DNA of 53,399 bases from Paraglomus brasilianum (taxonomy: Eukaryota): assembly GCA_910592345.1 (NCBI GenBank), contig CAJVPI010000004.1:62001-115399 (forward strand), in the 5' to 3' direction. Position numbers and translations under genes: made by a program. Position 1 is the first letter of the stretch, and every line of letters begins with the position of its first letter. Of the stretch, positions 12,777-26,083 are shown one piece after another. Below the pieces are notes generated by a model that was not told where the DNA came from, ran no database searches, and saw nothing but the letters and a program-made list of their open reading frames with translations.

Positions 12777-14514
12777 TCATCCAATAGAGATTTTAAAAGA
12801 TTTTGATAATTGCATAATATCATCTCGTTGCATTCCAATATCATTTGCTTTTGCAATTAATCGTTCAAAAACATCCTTCAATACTACAAACATGAATAAC
12901 AAATATTAGATTGTGTTGAATGTCACTAATAAGCATGCCGCTATCATGTACCATCCTACCTTTGCTGTCGTCGGGCTTTAGCAGCGATGCTGCGATCGAA
13001 AGCCTATCGGTTTTACTCAGCCAATACAGAACATCATATATATCCTTTGCATCATCATATCTATCGAACATTTATCATCTTGTGAGCTTCAAAGTCATGA
13101 TCAGATATAAAACGAATTAAATGCTTTACTTACTTATCCCTTAGTATGCGTGCTATACTAGCAAGGTATTCGGTCTCGAGGAATACACCAAGAATTTTAG
13201 AAAGTTTTTGTGGTGGAATGGCCTTTTGTTAAATAAAAATGGTAAGACAATAACTATGTATAACACATCCCCTACCCCGCGCGATATCTAATACCTTTAT
13301 GTACTTGTACAAATCATCATCAGATTGAGAATATTGTGACCAATCATGTTGAAACTCGAGTATTGTTTTCGGAATGCGAAAGTCATTTCGTCGTTGCGGC
13401 TTTTTTGCCATGTCTACTTTCGTCTCGGTAAGAGTTACTTTGTGCATCTGATCAACGTCGTCGCTTTTGGACGCCTTTGAGTCTGTGACTTTGGCGTCTT
13501 TCTTTTCCACTAATGCTTCTACAACCCCCTTGGTATCATCATTTGCTTTGCCATCAACAAGAGGGTCATCACCAAAGTCGTCAGTCTCAACTTCTTCAAT
13601 GTCTAATCGTTTTCTCCGAGGAACTGGCGCAGCTTTTGATTTTAGATCTGATTCAACGAGCGGAACCGCTGATGGTTGCTATTGGTGGCAAGAGGTAACA
13701 CGGTTTAATATTCGTACATGAGTGAGAAAATATAAACTATACGTGCCAAAGTTATACCTGAGTCTGTTTCAAAGCGTCAATGACTTTGGCCAACTCTTCT
13801 TTTATTGAATTCTCGTTTGGTTCTAGATCGAGGGCGTGCTGAAGATCTGCAAATCAGGGAAACGTTGGAGAAACGGAATTTGTATACAAATTACGCATCT
13901 TTTAAAAATTTGACAACGATATAATCCTTGCTAATTATACCTTGCTTGGCTTCACCAAGTTTCCCTTGTTCTCTCCTTGCTACGCCCCGTCGCCAAAACG
14001 CTTTCGCATTGTTAGGATGCAATTTCAATCCGATTGTACAATCACGTTCTACTTCGGCATATCTAATAGAAAAATAAAAAATGTTAAAACCGAGAAGAGT
14101 GAGCGTAATGCCCCCTCCCTATCCCCGCCAAAAGATATATTGGTATCAAATCAATTGACCATTGGATCGATTTACTTTTTGAGCTTGAGATGAGCCATTG
14201 CACGGTTTATAGGAAACGTATGCTCTTTTGGGTCAAGTTCCATAGCTTTCGTGTAATATTCAATTGCCTTTGCATAGTTTCCTTTCATGAAGAATTCGTT
14301 TCCCTGTAATTAAGACCAGTTGCTCAACAATTTCTTTCCTTTTCACAAAACTTGATACGTTAAACTCTCCGTCATACCTACTCTCTTACGTTATATCAAT
14401 TTTCATCAATATTACCTTCTCTTTCTCCCTCAAGGCAGTCTCCATTCTGTCAGTCTTCTTTCCTTTAATGTCATAAGACGTCCTCGACTGAAACTTTGGC
14501 CTCCCGGTCGACAT
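12777..14514 (-). CDS. RPAP3: RPAP3/Spag1-like TPR co-chaperone of the R2TP complex
   Basis: TPR clamp KEKGNEFFMKGNYAKAIEYYTKAMELDP...NRAMAHLKL...DCTIGLKLHPNNAKAFWRRG. C-terminal RPAP3_C-like PKTILEFQHDW...LYKYIKAIPPQKL...LSKTDRLSI. Multiple GT-AG introns. Confidence 0.85.
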
Positions 14515-15525
14515 TCTATCAAATTCGCCAAGTTTTTTGATCGATTTTTCCGCTCTATATTAATATTTACGATGACGTACGCCTTTTTGTGGCACAGTCA
14601 ATATTTCAGGGGGCTAATTCCACTGACCCCCTACATTTCGCTCGAGAAAAAGAATGCTTGGTCAAAATCTAAGCGGGCAAGTAAAGAATACAATGCTTTC
14701 TCCTTTCTTAGTTGCGTTTATCTTACAACTGTTGCTAGAATGCCACAAGTATTCAGATTCACAAGCCATGTTTAATTTCCAAGCTTACTCCACGTTCCCA
14801 ATTGCTTGCTTGTTGGCGGAGACTTTCTTTGTTGCACCGGAAATAATCTCCGATTAACCGAATGCTGTACGAGAAATATTTTATCTCTATTTGTTAATCT
14901 TGTTGTTATTTGTTCGACGAGCTTCTACCAAAAGAGTCGTTAACAATTAATACCAATTTTCTTTCACGCGTGACCGCGCTTCAACTATAATAGCGTAAAT
15001 GCAGGGCATAGTGATACACGGCTTTTTAGCCAAGATTTATTGCGCACAGCCTCGTGCCATGCTGGGGTTATTTCCTTGTTAGTCTATCAACGTTTGCCGC
15101 AAGACTTACGCAAGTATGAAAATTAACACAAAAATTACAAACGTCCAGTGGTGTATTAGTACTATCAACAGCAAATGAGCAAATTAACATACTGTCGTAT
15201 TTACGTCAAGATTTATCGTTATGCTTGCCTTTAAGTAAAGCATCAGAAATGAATAACAACAAGAATAAGTTTATTGGCTAGAGTGTTCGCAACTATTATA
15301 TCGTCCATTACTTGTGCTTATCATCATCTTGCTCACTCTCTTATGAGAATATATATAAATCTCGCATAATATTATTCCTCGCAAACATGATTAATTATGT
15401 TGCGAGACATTTTAAGTTGTAGTATGAATATTTCGAGTTTTTAATCTAAAGAGGAAAAGAGTTTTAAAGAAACTATTATGTGCAGTTATTTAACAATTAT
15501 TGTTTATGAGATCATCGGGAAGCCG

Positions 15526-16291
15526 TCAATTTGTAAACCGACATATGAGGTTTTCGATTGCCATCTTCTCCTTACTGGTGATAAAAAAACTGTTTGTTGC
15601 AGGTCGAAGTAGAAAAAAAAACGAGATTGTAATTTATCTTTACCTTGACAATGACGGCCATACGACCTCTCTGTCATATATTTGTGCACATCTCTCAACA
15701 AATGATGGATCCCGAGCACGTTTGCTAATATAGTTGTGATAATGATTCTTGCATGTGTTTGGCGGACGTCCAGTGTTGAGTGCTTTTGCAATATGTGCCC
15801 ATCCAACTCTCTTCACCAAATGCAGATAGCAGATAATGGCGGTTTCTTTGGCCGTAAAGGGTCCTTTGTTAACCGCTGATTAGCGAAATTCGATAGTAGA
15901 ATATAGATTAGACTATATATAAAAAGCGCCAAAACGCAATAACATATCAATGCGTGGTGGTTTTCGCCTTATTGTGATAACATCAACCTCCGTTCTTTGC
16001 ATAAGATAGCCATCGTTCTCTCATTTGTTTGCCGTTTCGAGTTGAATGGTAAACGGCCAATTTCTCCCAATTTTTTGGACCAAACAGTTCGACCAGTTCA
16101 TGGAGTTGTTCATCTTCCTTTTGTGTATTGAGGATGGAATTATTGAGAAAACGATTGTTTTTGTTTTTCAGCATATAGCATGTCTATTGTTTTTTCTTCT
16201 TTACCTCTGGCACCCAGTGGCCGTATTTCAAGACTTTTGCAGGAACAATGCCTATTGGAAATAACTTGTCTCGAAAACGATCCGCGGGCAT
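15526..16291 (-). CDS. Two-repeat (R2R3-like) Myb transcription factor
   Basis: Spliced KYGHWVPE|EDEQLHELVELFGPKNWEKLA...RNGKQMRERW and VNKGPFTAKET...GWAHIAKAL..GRPPNTCKNHY; last exon KEKMAIENLI, a short motif common at the ends of fungal transcription factors. Confidence 0.88.
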
Positions 16292-16697
16292 TTTGATAGA
16301 CGATGGAGAAAGGTTCTCTGGGTTGATGTTTTGAAAAAGGTGGCAGTCTAGGACGGTTTGACAGTCGAGTGAAAACAGATTACTGTTTACTTCGAGCGGC
16401 GTGCTTTATAAATAGAATAATTGCTATTAGTCTTTTTTTGCATGGAAATAATAAGTCTTTTGTCACTATTCAGTCATTGTGGTACTGCCAAATCTTTTGT
16501 CCGCAAATGTAGATGTTCGGAATAGAATGTGTGTGTATGGAACAGTGCTGTATATGGTAAAAAAGGGTTTATCTATTACCCAGCTGTAAGACTAGCGAAT
16601 TTCTGGTAGATATGCATAATAAGACTAGTTTTCGATACTCATAATTCGAATTGTCTGTATTATATAAACTGTATAAATATAAATATAAATACAAACA

Positions 16698-16758
16698 TAT
16701 GCATATAACATATACATATAACATATACATATAACATATACATATAAATAAATATAAT
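16698..16758. repeat. Short tandem repeat (CATATAACATATA) x ~3.5
   Basis: Directly visible 13-bp tandem units. Confidence 0.85.
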
Positions 16759-19635
16759 ATCCGATTACTTAATGCTTTGGGCTGACAGGGGAGGGGGTTG
16801 TCGGGGTTGTCTACAAAACCAAACGTAAAAATGAGTAAGCAGATAAGTATATTTGTTACACGCAGCTAGTGCTACGGATCAAATTGGTAATTATCCAATC
16901 ATTTGTTGTCTAATCAATTTCCATAGCGAAACTTTCCCGCAGCTTGACTGACATCCGTACAGGACAATAATATTTATCAATAATAAGGGTGATTATCAGC
17001 CCACAAAAGTCATTGTTTCGTCAATGGAATTTTCCTCACACGAGACAATTTGATTGGCCGGTCCATGTATGATAATTTTTTTTAATATATCTCTTTTGGT
17101 TGTTTCTACGCTCGATAAGTGCATGAAAAAATTTTTCGGATTCAAAAAGTAGTAACGGGTTGCCATTGTTGAAAACGCCACAAGAAAACGACTATGATGT
17201 TGTGTTCGCGTACAATGTAGTATAGTGTAACCAATGTTGGCGCGTTACGGAATTAAACAGTGATAGGATAATATCATGTGGCCAATCAGAACGGCAGAAT
17301 CTTAATCCCGACTATGCAATAGTGAATGGAAAAGGCGTCTACAAATTCCATTGCTATTTTTATCCAGGCCATACTGAGGCAAATTGCCTATTTTGCTCAA
17401 CCGATTGGTAAAAAACGTACAGTATTTCCATTCAACATGCCAAGTGAAATACGATTATCGTACAATGCGGGTTCTAATCTTGGCGCAACATGGGATAAAA
17501 AGTCGAGTTTAATTTCTTTGAGCAAACTTTATTCAAGCAAGATTGTTACGCCAAGCAGGTGGCGAATTGCCTGAATGCTGTAACAAAGTTAGTGCTTTAC
17601 TTTCTTAATTTAATTGATCTTGTTATCTAAAGTGAGCATCGTACTAAATATATAATGAAAAGTATTGTGTTTAATCAATACAAAACAAACATATTCGCTA
17701 CAAACCATAACTTGTAACATGTTTTGTTTGTTTACAACATACTGTAAAATATAACGTATAAACTCGGAAACAAGTTTATGGGAAGGGGCTTTTTTCTGTG
17801 TACAGGTAGAAATTTATCAATACATTAAAGCTTGACATCTAGAAACGAACGGACAACTAATAAATCTCTATGCTCCTTATTTTAGTGTTTGTGTTTACAT
17901 CGGCAACCGTATGATAAGTGTTTTCGGTTATTGCGTTAATCAATACATTTTATTTTTTCGACAATATGTTGCGCTTATTTACCCAAACATAAAAATAAGA
18001 TGAGGTATCAACGGTTGATAATGTCGACTTTACGAATTATCGGAAAGTAGACCGGACACCCAATCTAATTACTGCTTAGCAGTTAGTTTATTGACAATTA
18101 AACTTTTCCAAACCATGAATTTATACCGTGATACTATATTAAATGCTATATCCGTTCTTTGGCGGTTGCTCGAATTATATTACTTTTTGTTATTCAAAAA
18201 GGTTTAGATAAAGTAGTAATAGCATACGTTTTGTGGTTTGAGAAAATAGGCCACGACAAAAGTACAGCAATGTACAAAAAACAGTTCTACTATTGTTTAT
18301 TACTTTATACGTTATCTTCTCGTTCTTGTTCGTGCAATCATCTATATATGGGAGGTTTTAATACTCACAAAGAAGTTACTCGTAATTACTATTGTTTATT
18401 GCATGCAATTTGGTAAATAATCTCAACTATACTAATATTGAAATTATTAAACAAGCTTCTTTTTTTTTTCAAAGAACGGATTCGACAATACAGGCGTAAT
18501 GAGTTAGAAAAATCATAAAAGCAGGTAATATATCCGGCTCCTTCGCTTCCTTGTTGGTCAATAATTTGTTACAAAATAAAAAGGTACTGTACCTACAATT
18601 TATTCCATCCTCGGATATATCCCGGCTTTGGGGCTGGACGGATTTCCTCTTATTATATCGCAGTGTATCCCAATCGATATATCCCTATCCCAAATTCACA
18701 AAGCCCGATTTCCTATATTAATACCCTATAGAAATATAATTTACCATATATATATTAATCGTGTTACATAAATATAATGCTATTTCTATATATGGTCAAA
18801 CTATCCCTTGTTGGTTAGTATGCAATACATTATCATTACATGTGATCGAAAAGTGGCATGATCTTTCAATCTGACATAATAATAATAATGCTCAATTCAG
18901 CAAGTAGTAACTAAACAAACAGTCATGCCACTTTACGGTTAGGCCATATAACACACCATTTCGTTGTAAACAAAGACGTCTCCATTGAGAGCGTGTTTCT
19001 GCTTAACGTTTACGAAATTAAGAACAAAGGGAATTTACGATAGGAGATACATGCGTGATATAATTCGTCGTTTAGATGGGTCGGTAGGAAAGTTAAAGCG
19101 CCAAACTTCATTAACAGAGATATTAGCCAATAAAATTTCTTGTAAACATTTTATCATGTGAACTCAAAATGGCTGGTGTGCACTATATAGTATATTAATA
19201 TAGGTGATAGTGTTTTACTTGGATGGCACAGTTGTGACTCATGCCCAAGTCCATGATCTGATTTTAGTTGCATTTTTAACTATGTTATGGTAAAATGTAA
19301 CATTCAAATTGGTTAATATGAAGCCAACACAGAATTTATAATATAGGATAATGCCTATATTAATATGGGGCATGCTGCAACAAAACCAAAAGTGAACATT
19401 CTATTATGAAGCTGAAAGTTAATGGATCTGGCTAATGACATTTTTGATTACTCACAGCTGTAACTTATTATTATATACAAATTACAGGTTTAAATTAATA
19501 TTATGCCAAAATATATTTTTTATTGAGTAAACTTCTACCTGAATTACAATATGCTTAACATAGGAATATAAAAATAAAATATATATAATTAAATTATATT
19601 AAATCTACTACCTAAAAACTATAGTAATAACATAA

Positions 19636-20302
19636 TTAGAAGTATTTTAAAGAAAAAAGAGTCATGATTTGAATATAAGGTGTTAATTGGTGCCATAACT
19701 TGCGAAACGCATCATATTTTAACACTTTCAACGTGCTATTGTTTTCAAGACCAGCAATAAAATCACGATAGACTGACGTATAACTCGTTTCAGGTGGCAA
19801 AAGTGTAAGCGATTGAGTAATGCGATTGACATTTCTACCGGGACTTGGTAATCCATGAATTTCAGTATGATTCTCGAGAAAATTCTTCACGACTATAGCA
19901 ACGTCTTTATTTATGGTTATTTTGGCACTCTTTTTACATTACCATGAACACGTGGTATTATACCATTCGTCGCCAAATGATTTCTGACGTTTTCGAAGTG
20001 AGTGCGGCCAATTCCTAACATATTTTCTGATAAAGCGGCATATTGCGATCTCAATAATAAAAAGTTCTTTTATTAGTACGCGTTTTCTTTTTTAAACGTC
20101 GGCTGGCAGTTATTTCTCCACCATTCATTGCTTTCAACCGTAATATGTATTGTTCGGATCTAGAGAGGGCTTGAAACGCTTCACGTAATTCAGCAAACTT
20201 TTCTCTCGGAATATTTTTTGAGCAACCGCAATTGCAACCTATTTCCAAAAAACGTATTGCCTTGTCATATTCGGTAAAACAGTTATAATTAGAATTTTTC
20301 AT
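19636..20302 (-). mobile_element. Degenerate DNA-transposon ORF (Sola-like, 'HGLPSPGR' family)
   Basis: CNCGC...REAFQALSRSEQ; PRVHGN; NFLENHTEIHGLPSPGR...LLPPETSYTSVY...FRKLWHQLTPYIQIMT. Stops, frameshifts and truncation before the catalytic region. Superfamily assigned from recalled motifs. Confidence 0.6.
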
Positions 20303-20899
20303 ATACGGGTAATCCTATATATAATTTTATCACTTTCATAATAGTAATCTGCATGTATGTTCAATCAAGACATTAATTTCGACAATCGAGTTGATCTGAG
20401 ATTCTAAACTATTTTACTGTAGTTTATTGTAATTGATTCCAAGTATTCTATCATATCACTTGTTTGTATACATGCAGTATCCTACATAAATGGTGATAGC
20501 ACAAACAGTTTGATAGAAATTATATTGGAACAGAGTGAAAATTTAATAATGAATCCTATATCTTAATTTTCATAACGTACTGCGGTAGTTCTCGTATCCA
20601 TCGAGGAACATTCTGTGCAGTTTTTCCATCTACTGTACAGTAACTTTGTTTACCGAATTTTTCAAATATCGATTCAGGAACAACAAAATACAGCACAAAC
20701 TTCCTATGCCCAGCAATCTTTTCCATTCTTTGAGCACAGCCATCTTGGCACCATGATGTAAAGATATTGTAATTTGGAATAATCCAACTGTGGGTATTAA
20801 GGAGTCAAATGTTGGAAAATTTCTTGCTATCAGTCGCCAGTAGTCGTCAATTTTGGGGTCAATAATGGAAAGAGTTGTCATACTATCACCATCGCTGGC

Positions 20900-22070
20900 T
20901 ACTAGAAAATGACAAGGGATTCATGTTGTTGTAGAGCAAACCACATAGCAATTTCTTGAGCAATATAGTAATATATATGGATTAATCTATTGGATCTGCT
21001 GATTGTATTTGATGTCTTCTTAGAAGATGTTCCACCAGCTAGTATGAGAGACAATATTAACTGCTTCAAAAAGGATCTTATGTTATGGATGGTAATAATT
21101 TTGGCTTGTAACATGCTATGGCTAAAGCATGTGTAACCCAGATTTTTAATTTTTTAAAAGCAGTTGTTAAGATGATTAATAACAGGAATGCAACTATTTT
21201 TATAATTTTTTCACCCTCATTTGCTATTAAAGAAATACTTGCAGTAGTAGTTGCCTTTGATATTAACCTGCCTTTTTTTCGATTACTCACTTGTTTTTGC
21301 ATTTTGAAAAATGTAGAGACAATTCCAATAAATAGTTTAATTAAAATTTGAGGCATTTCATTAACATAGAAAGTTAATGAATCTGGTGCTTCCAAAACAT
21401 CTTTCTTGATGTTTATAACATTACATGAGTTCCAAATGTTTTTGGCAAGGTTTTCCCCAAATTGAAATGAAGTCTCAGGTGTTATTGTAGTATTAATATT
21501 ATTATTATAATTAAGACTTTCTGGAGACATTCCATGGTTTTTTAAGATTGTCCTAATTACAAATGGACTTGGTATTGGGGCTCTATCAGATGTCTCTGGT
21601 TCACTTTCTTGTAAATCCTGCAACATTTGTACTGCATATCTTAAAGCTCTCCTTTAATGGGCTGTCACCTTTCTTGGCCACATGTAATGCCATGTTTCCA
21701 AGTAATTCCAGTGATGTTGTTGTATCTTCCGCATGTCGTTAGTGCAGGCTTTGTCACTCCATTCTCCTAGCCGTTGCAAACGCCCGCCTTGTAATTCGTA
21801 ACACATGTAACAAATGCATTGTGATCGTTGAGAACTGCCTTCTGTCATTTTCTGGACGATACATGGAACACTTTCAATCGCTGGGCAATTGTGTTGACCT
21901 ATACATGGAGCTTGTGTCTTTTTCCCCAAAAATAACCAACAATGTTCTTCCCATGGTAGTATACACGATAATATTTTTTACAGAATACACAACGATGACT
22001 GGCAATAGTAGCCTTTTCATGGCTTTTGCTTTGCTTCAATCCAGGCGGGTAAAGATCGGAAATCAAACAT
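20900..22070 (-). pseudogene. Fragmented member of a large Cys-rich, probably TE-derived fungal protein family
   Basis: Frameshifted ORFs: CVFCKKY, PCIGQHNCPA, CICYMCYELQGG, FQFGENLAKNIW...LEAPDSL..Y...P..L..LF.G, AFKKLKIWVTHALA. Confidence 0.55.
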
Positions 22071-22127
22071 AAAATGAGTATAACATACTCCAAGCCGTTC
22101 TACTTGTTTATTTGCTTCATCCACAAA

Positions 22128-22660
22128 CTACCAGGAGTGCCTGTAATGGTAAATCGGTGGTATAGTCCAGATTGGACGGGTGACTGTATATTGGCTATAA
22201 GATCACTATATACTTGTCGAATGATGAGTTTTTATGGGTAGTGTGGGTTGCCTAGAAAGTAGATGTCCGGTGGAAGACAAAGAATTTTGTTGCTGATAGA
22301 TGATTTGGCTATGCAATTCCAGAACTTGGCGAGATCCGGGAATGTGGTCTCATCTAGTTCGAATTTCCGCTTCAACGGGACAACTGCAGACATATACATG
22401 AATGGAGAGATATAATAGTAATACAAACAAAGGTCAGCTATGGCTGTGGTAACCTCACAACAACTCATAATATTAGAGAATCATATTTCTATGTCCCAAC
22501 GCCCGAGTCACAAAGTCGTTACCTGTCTATGGAGTGACTGTGGCAAAGGAATCGAGCAGGCTAGTGCTTCTTCTGTAATAAGGCCATTATTCCGTGCCTT
22601 GCTTAGTTCTTTGAGTCTGTCAAAGAGAAACCCATTCTTAAAAGTAGACGTCCCTACTAT
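22128..22660 (-). pseudogene. Crinkler-type P-loop NTPase gene remnant with a SHOCT-like upstream exon
   Basis: LAKFWNCI...ILCLPPDIYFLGNPHYP*KLIIRQVYSDL...FTITGTPG, truncated inside Walker A; upstream exon RLKELSKARNNGLITEE. Confidence 0.65.
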
Positions 22661-23030
22661 AAATTACGCAAAAGTTTCGTTTTTTGATATCCGTTTTTGA
22701 TAGATCGGCAAGTACCCCAAATTTATGGATATATCCGCAGTAAAGTCACGTTTCACTGATACCCAGCACTTTTTGATAGTCATCTGTTCGAATAAAAACA
22801 ATATTATTTTGACATTGTAAAATTTCGTAGAATTTGACTTTACCGTGTCTCGTATTACGAATTAGTGACAATATAGTGATAGTCTTCGTACGCGTCTTCC
22901 CTCTGAAGACTTTTCGTTCGATTGAAGATTAATTCGTTTAAATTTTGACTTTACTTTCAATACCAATTCAAAATCCACATATCTGGCAGAAACTGCCATA
23001 TTCTGCAGAGAAGATTGAAGAAGCTCGCAA

Positions 23031-23544
23031 TTAGCTAATAATAACGCAACGGATAAACCTCAGGGCATTATCATTTTTACCATTGCTATTATTAATAAAA
23101 TTATCGCTATCATCTATTTCGTCATCTTCATGGTTTACATTTTCCTTTTCTTCATCGATCCAACGTTGGATTGCTTTAACGGTCTTTTCCCGCGGAGTTG
23201 TTCTTTGAAGATAAAAATTTCTTATTGTTAATGCAGCGATGGCCTTTTGTTTATTGAGTAACTTATAAATTTCAACTGCCATTTTGTTAAATGAAAATTT
23301 CGGAACCAGCCCTGCCTTTTTGTCAAATAAGTTCTTCAGCAGTTTTTCGACGTCTGGCAAGTAACTTCGTTTGCCGAGTGGTTTACTTGATTATTATTAT
23401 GCTTTTTTTAGGCTCGACTAAATTGATAATTTTATCAATCTTTTGATTTATGTCGTGAAGTTTATTTTGATGGAGTGTATAATAAAGCATGAAGCCGAGG
23501 AGAACTTCGACCAGTAATACAAATTCACTGGAGAAAATGAGCAT
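23031..23544 (-). pseudogene. Small protein (hydrophobic N-terminus, helical PKFSFNKMA...TIRNFY domain), frameshifted
   Basis: ATG near 23544 gives MLIFSSEFVLLVEVLLGFMLYY..., then frameshifts into ORF 23031-23360; paralogous fragment at 4228-4410. Confidence 0.55.
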
Positions 23545-24589
23545 TTTCAATTTGTTTGAGTCAAAAGTGATAAGGTGGCTTTTACGATTGATTTTGCGAA
23601 TTGATGATTGTTAGGTATGAAGAAAAGGGATTCTACCGTCTTGTTTTATATATTAATATAATACTTTCATGCGCTTATAAAAGGTAGACAAAAACCGTTT
23701 GGAGCAAAGATTATTTTATACGCATAAAGCACATCTTGAGCGTTTTTGTTGTTCTTTATGGTAGTATAACAATCGCTAATCAGTATTGTTAGAATTTATA
23801 TTGTGGGACAATTTAGAGACAACGTTCTATCAACCAAAGAATGTAGGTATTCGTACTAGTAGTACGACGAAATACTAAACCTAATCAAATGAAGTAACTA
23901 ATTTAGCAAATGTGTTGAGTGACACATACGTAATAAGATATGCACATCAATCACAGGGAGCAATCTGATTTGATGCTTGCAGCAAGATATAAATGCGCAA
24001 GCTACGCGTTCTTTTCTTCTCATAACCTGATAACATGGATCAACAGGAATTAAAAGAATACCGCAAGTTTTCTCGTCAATACGAGAAGGAGCATCCCGAA
24101 ATTGATATAGATGCTGATGAAGACCAACAAGGTAAGCAAGCAATGAATACACGTTTATTGGGAGGATAGTTAGACAGTTATCAATGCATTGCAAGAGAGG
24201 CAGTTGGAGTGTTATTAGCTGGGCAGAGTTGGATCGTAGCAGAGCTAGGTTTATGCGTAAACTCGTTTGAAAGGCAAATAAGCAAGATCCAATAAGTTGG
24301 GTAGTAGTAATGGAGAGAGAATAGTTCGAACGCTGTTAGAATAGGTATATGTTTTCACATTGCTTTTTTCTGTTGTACTTTGCTTACTGTCGCGTTATTT
24401 CTCTTTTATCATTATGTTGCTACCATTTTACCCTTCAACCTATCAAACCATTGTGCCACTTTCGCTAATAACTTTCAGCCGCTCCTCAAGGTATGCTTTG
24501 AAGCCAGTTGATGTATTATCGTCAACAATGTCAACCTTTCTGCTTATTAATATTCATATCGCTGACTACTTCTTCTTTTCTGTCATCTG

Positions 24590-24960
24590 AAGCATATATT
24601 GGCCCCAATGTCAGTAGGCTCTAATAGGACTATCGAAAACGTCTTTCAAGAATTTCTACAAAGCGAAGAAGGAAAGTTCTTGGGTCAATATATTCATAAT
24701 AAAGATCAACTGCTTCTCTTTAAACCGCGGAGTGGCATCTCTCTCAATGGAGATATTTCGACAACATCCGAAGGACGCCCTTCCCTCTTGCTGTATAATC
24801 TTGGTAATTTACCGATGATATTCTCAAAATGGCGTTACACAACAGGATGCTGGTCTTACTTGGCACTTCCGGATGTGGAAAGACGAGGACATGTTTTGAG
24901 ATTCTCTGTCGCTATTGGAGCATTTATTTGGTTGGTATTTGTGAACGCGATGGGCTATTC
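24590..24960 (+). pseudogene. Crinkler-type NTPase remnant
   Basis: GRPSLLLYNLG, then a frameshift to LVLLGTSGCGKTRTCFEILCRYWSIYL (Walker A at 24862-24885). Confidence 0.7.
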
Positions 24961-25383
24961 CTGTTCTTCTCAGCATCGCTTCATGATGGGCTTGTGTGAT
25001 TAACGAATATTCCCGATACTCTTTACGTATTCCTTCTAAGATACAGGGAAGCTTAACCCAACGAGCGTAGTATATCAATCTATCATCTACACTTCGACGT
25101 TTTCAATCAAAACTACCCCGACCACCACCAGCTCTATAGTCCGAAGTAGCCTGCTGCCCATGCAGTGGAAATTAGGCGAAAAGATGCAACCACTACAACT
25201 GGCACAATTGGCACGAGTGCCAACAATACTACCATATGTTGCGCCAGTTGTAACCGACGTTTACCGCGCTACATCCCTCTATCAGCGAGCACTTTGTCGC
25301 TTTTTTTTTTCCCGGAGGTAAGAAACAGTTGTTGTTTTTTTCTTTATTTTGTGAGATATTATATATTAGATCTTCCATTTAGA

Positions 25384-25490
25384 ATGGCGAGTTCTGTTGA
25401 AAGAGGGATAACTTTTGAAGATGGAATTAATGCACTTCTAAGGAGAGTGGGGTATATTACAAATAGGAGGTAAGAATTCTTACTGAGTAT
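25384..25490 (+). pseudogene. First coding exon of an Mrr-like restriction-endonuclease-fold gene
   Basis: MASSVERGITFEDGINALLRRVGYITNR fits the G-x-x-FE-x(5)-LL-x(3)-GY helix of Mrr catalytic domains; donor GTAAGAATTC at 25470; no further exons found. Confidence 0.5.
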
Positions 25491-25619
25491 TGTTTAATGG
25501 TTATATCTCGCTTGGTGTCGAGTGTTAACTTAATCGCAACGGAATATAAGTAAACTCATAGAAAACGTAACATTGTCATAGGCCCCTAAATGATATCGGA
25601 GCTAGCTTCCGGTTCAGTG

Positions 25620-26083
25620 AATTATCCAGCAATAATAATTGTGACGGCTGATGCTGAGGAGAATATTATTTATGAAGTTCCCGACAACGACCATGCACTT
25701 CAAGGATACTGATCAAGCAATTACGGATGTAGACGACATAGATGATAGTGAGGAAAGTCCCGTTATTAGCACTAGCACAGCAATCGCCAGCTTGGAAATA
25801 GTACATGCCTTTCTTTTTACAACAGGATAATATATACCTCTTTACAAAATATTGAAAAGTTTGTTGAAGTCAGGAAAACAAGCTCAATGCGTCAAACTAA
25901 CATTGACACATATTTTTCTTAAAGTGTAGTCTGACTTTGATGTGATAGTATAATTTTACTAAAGAGAAAGTACTAGTCACTATTATGTGTAACAGTTTTC
26001 TGGTTTTCTATTCGTTGTTCTATAAGTGCACACCTCCCTAAGCGCAAGTCCCAAGAGCGTGCACTTATAGAGGTGTCACTGTA
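25620..26083 (+). mobile_element. 3' end of a second pogo/Tigger transposon
   Basis: DDIDDSEESPVISTSTAIASLEIVHAFL..QQ...MRQTNIDTYFS*; right end GTGCACTTATAGAGGTGTCACTG+TA at 26059-26083. Confidence 0.8.

Noticed and set aside
18600..18720. GATATATCCC-type motifs as hAT subterminal repeats
   Set aside because: No TIR pair or TSD could be delimited.
24108..24140. CTGATGA as a hammerhead ribozyme core
   Set aside because: No stem II followed by GAAA; the sequence reads as coding (DADED) before a splice donor.
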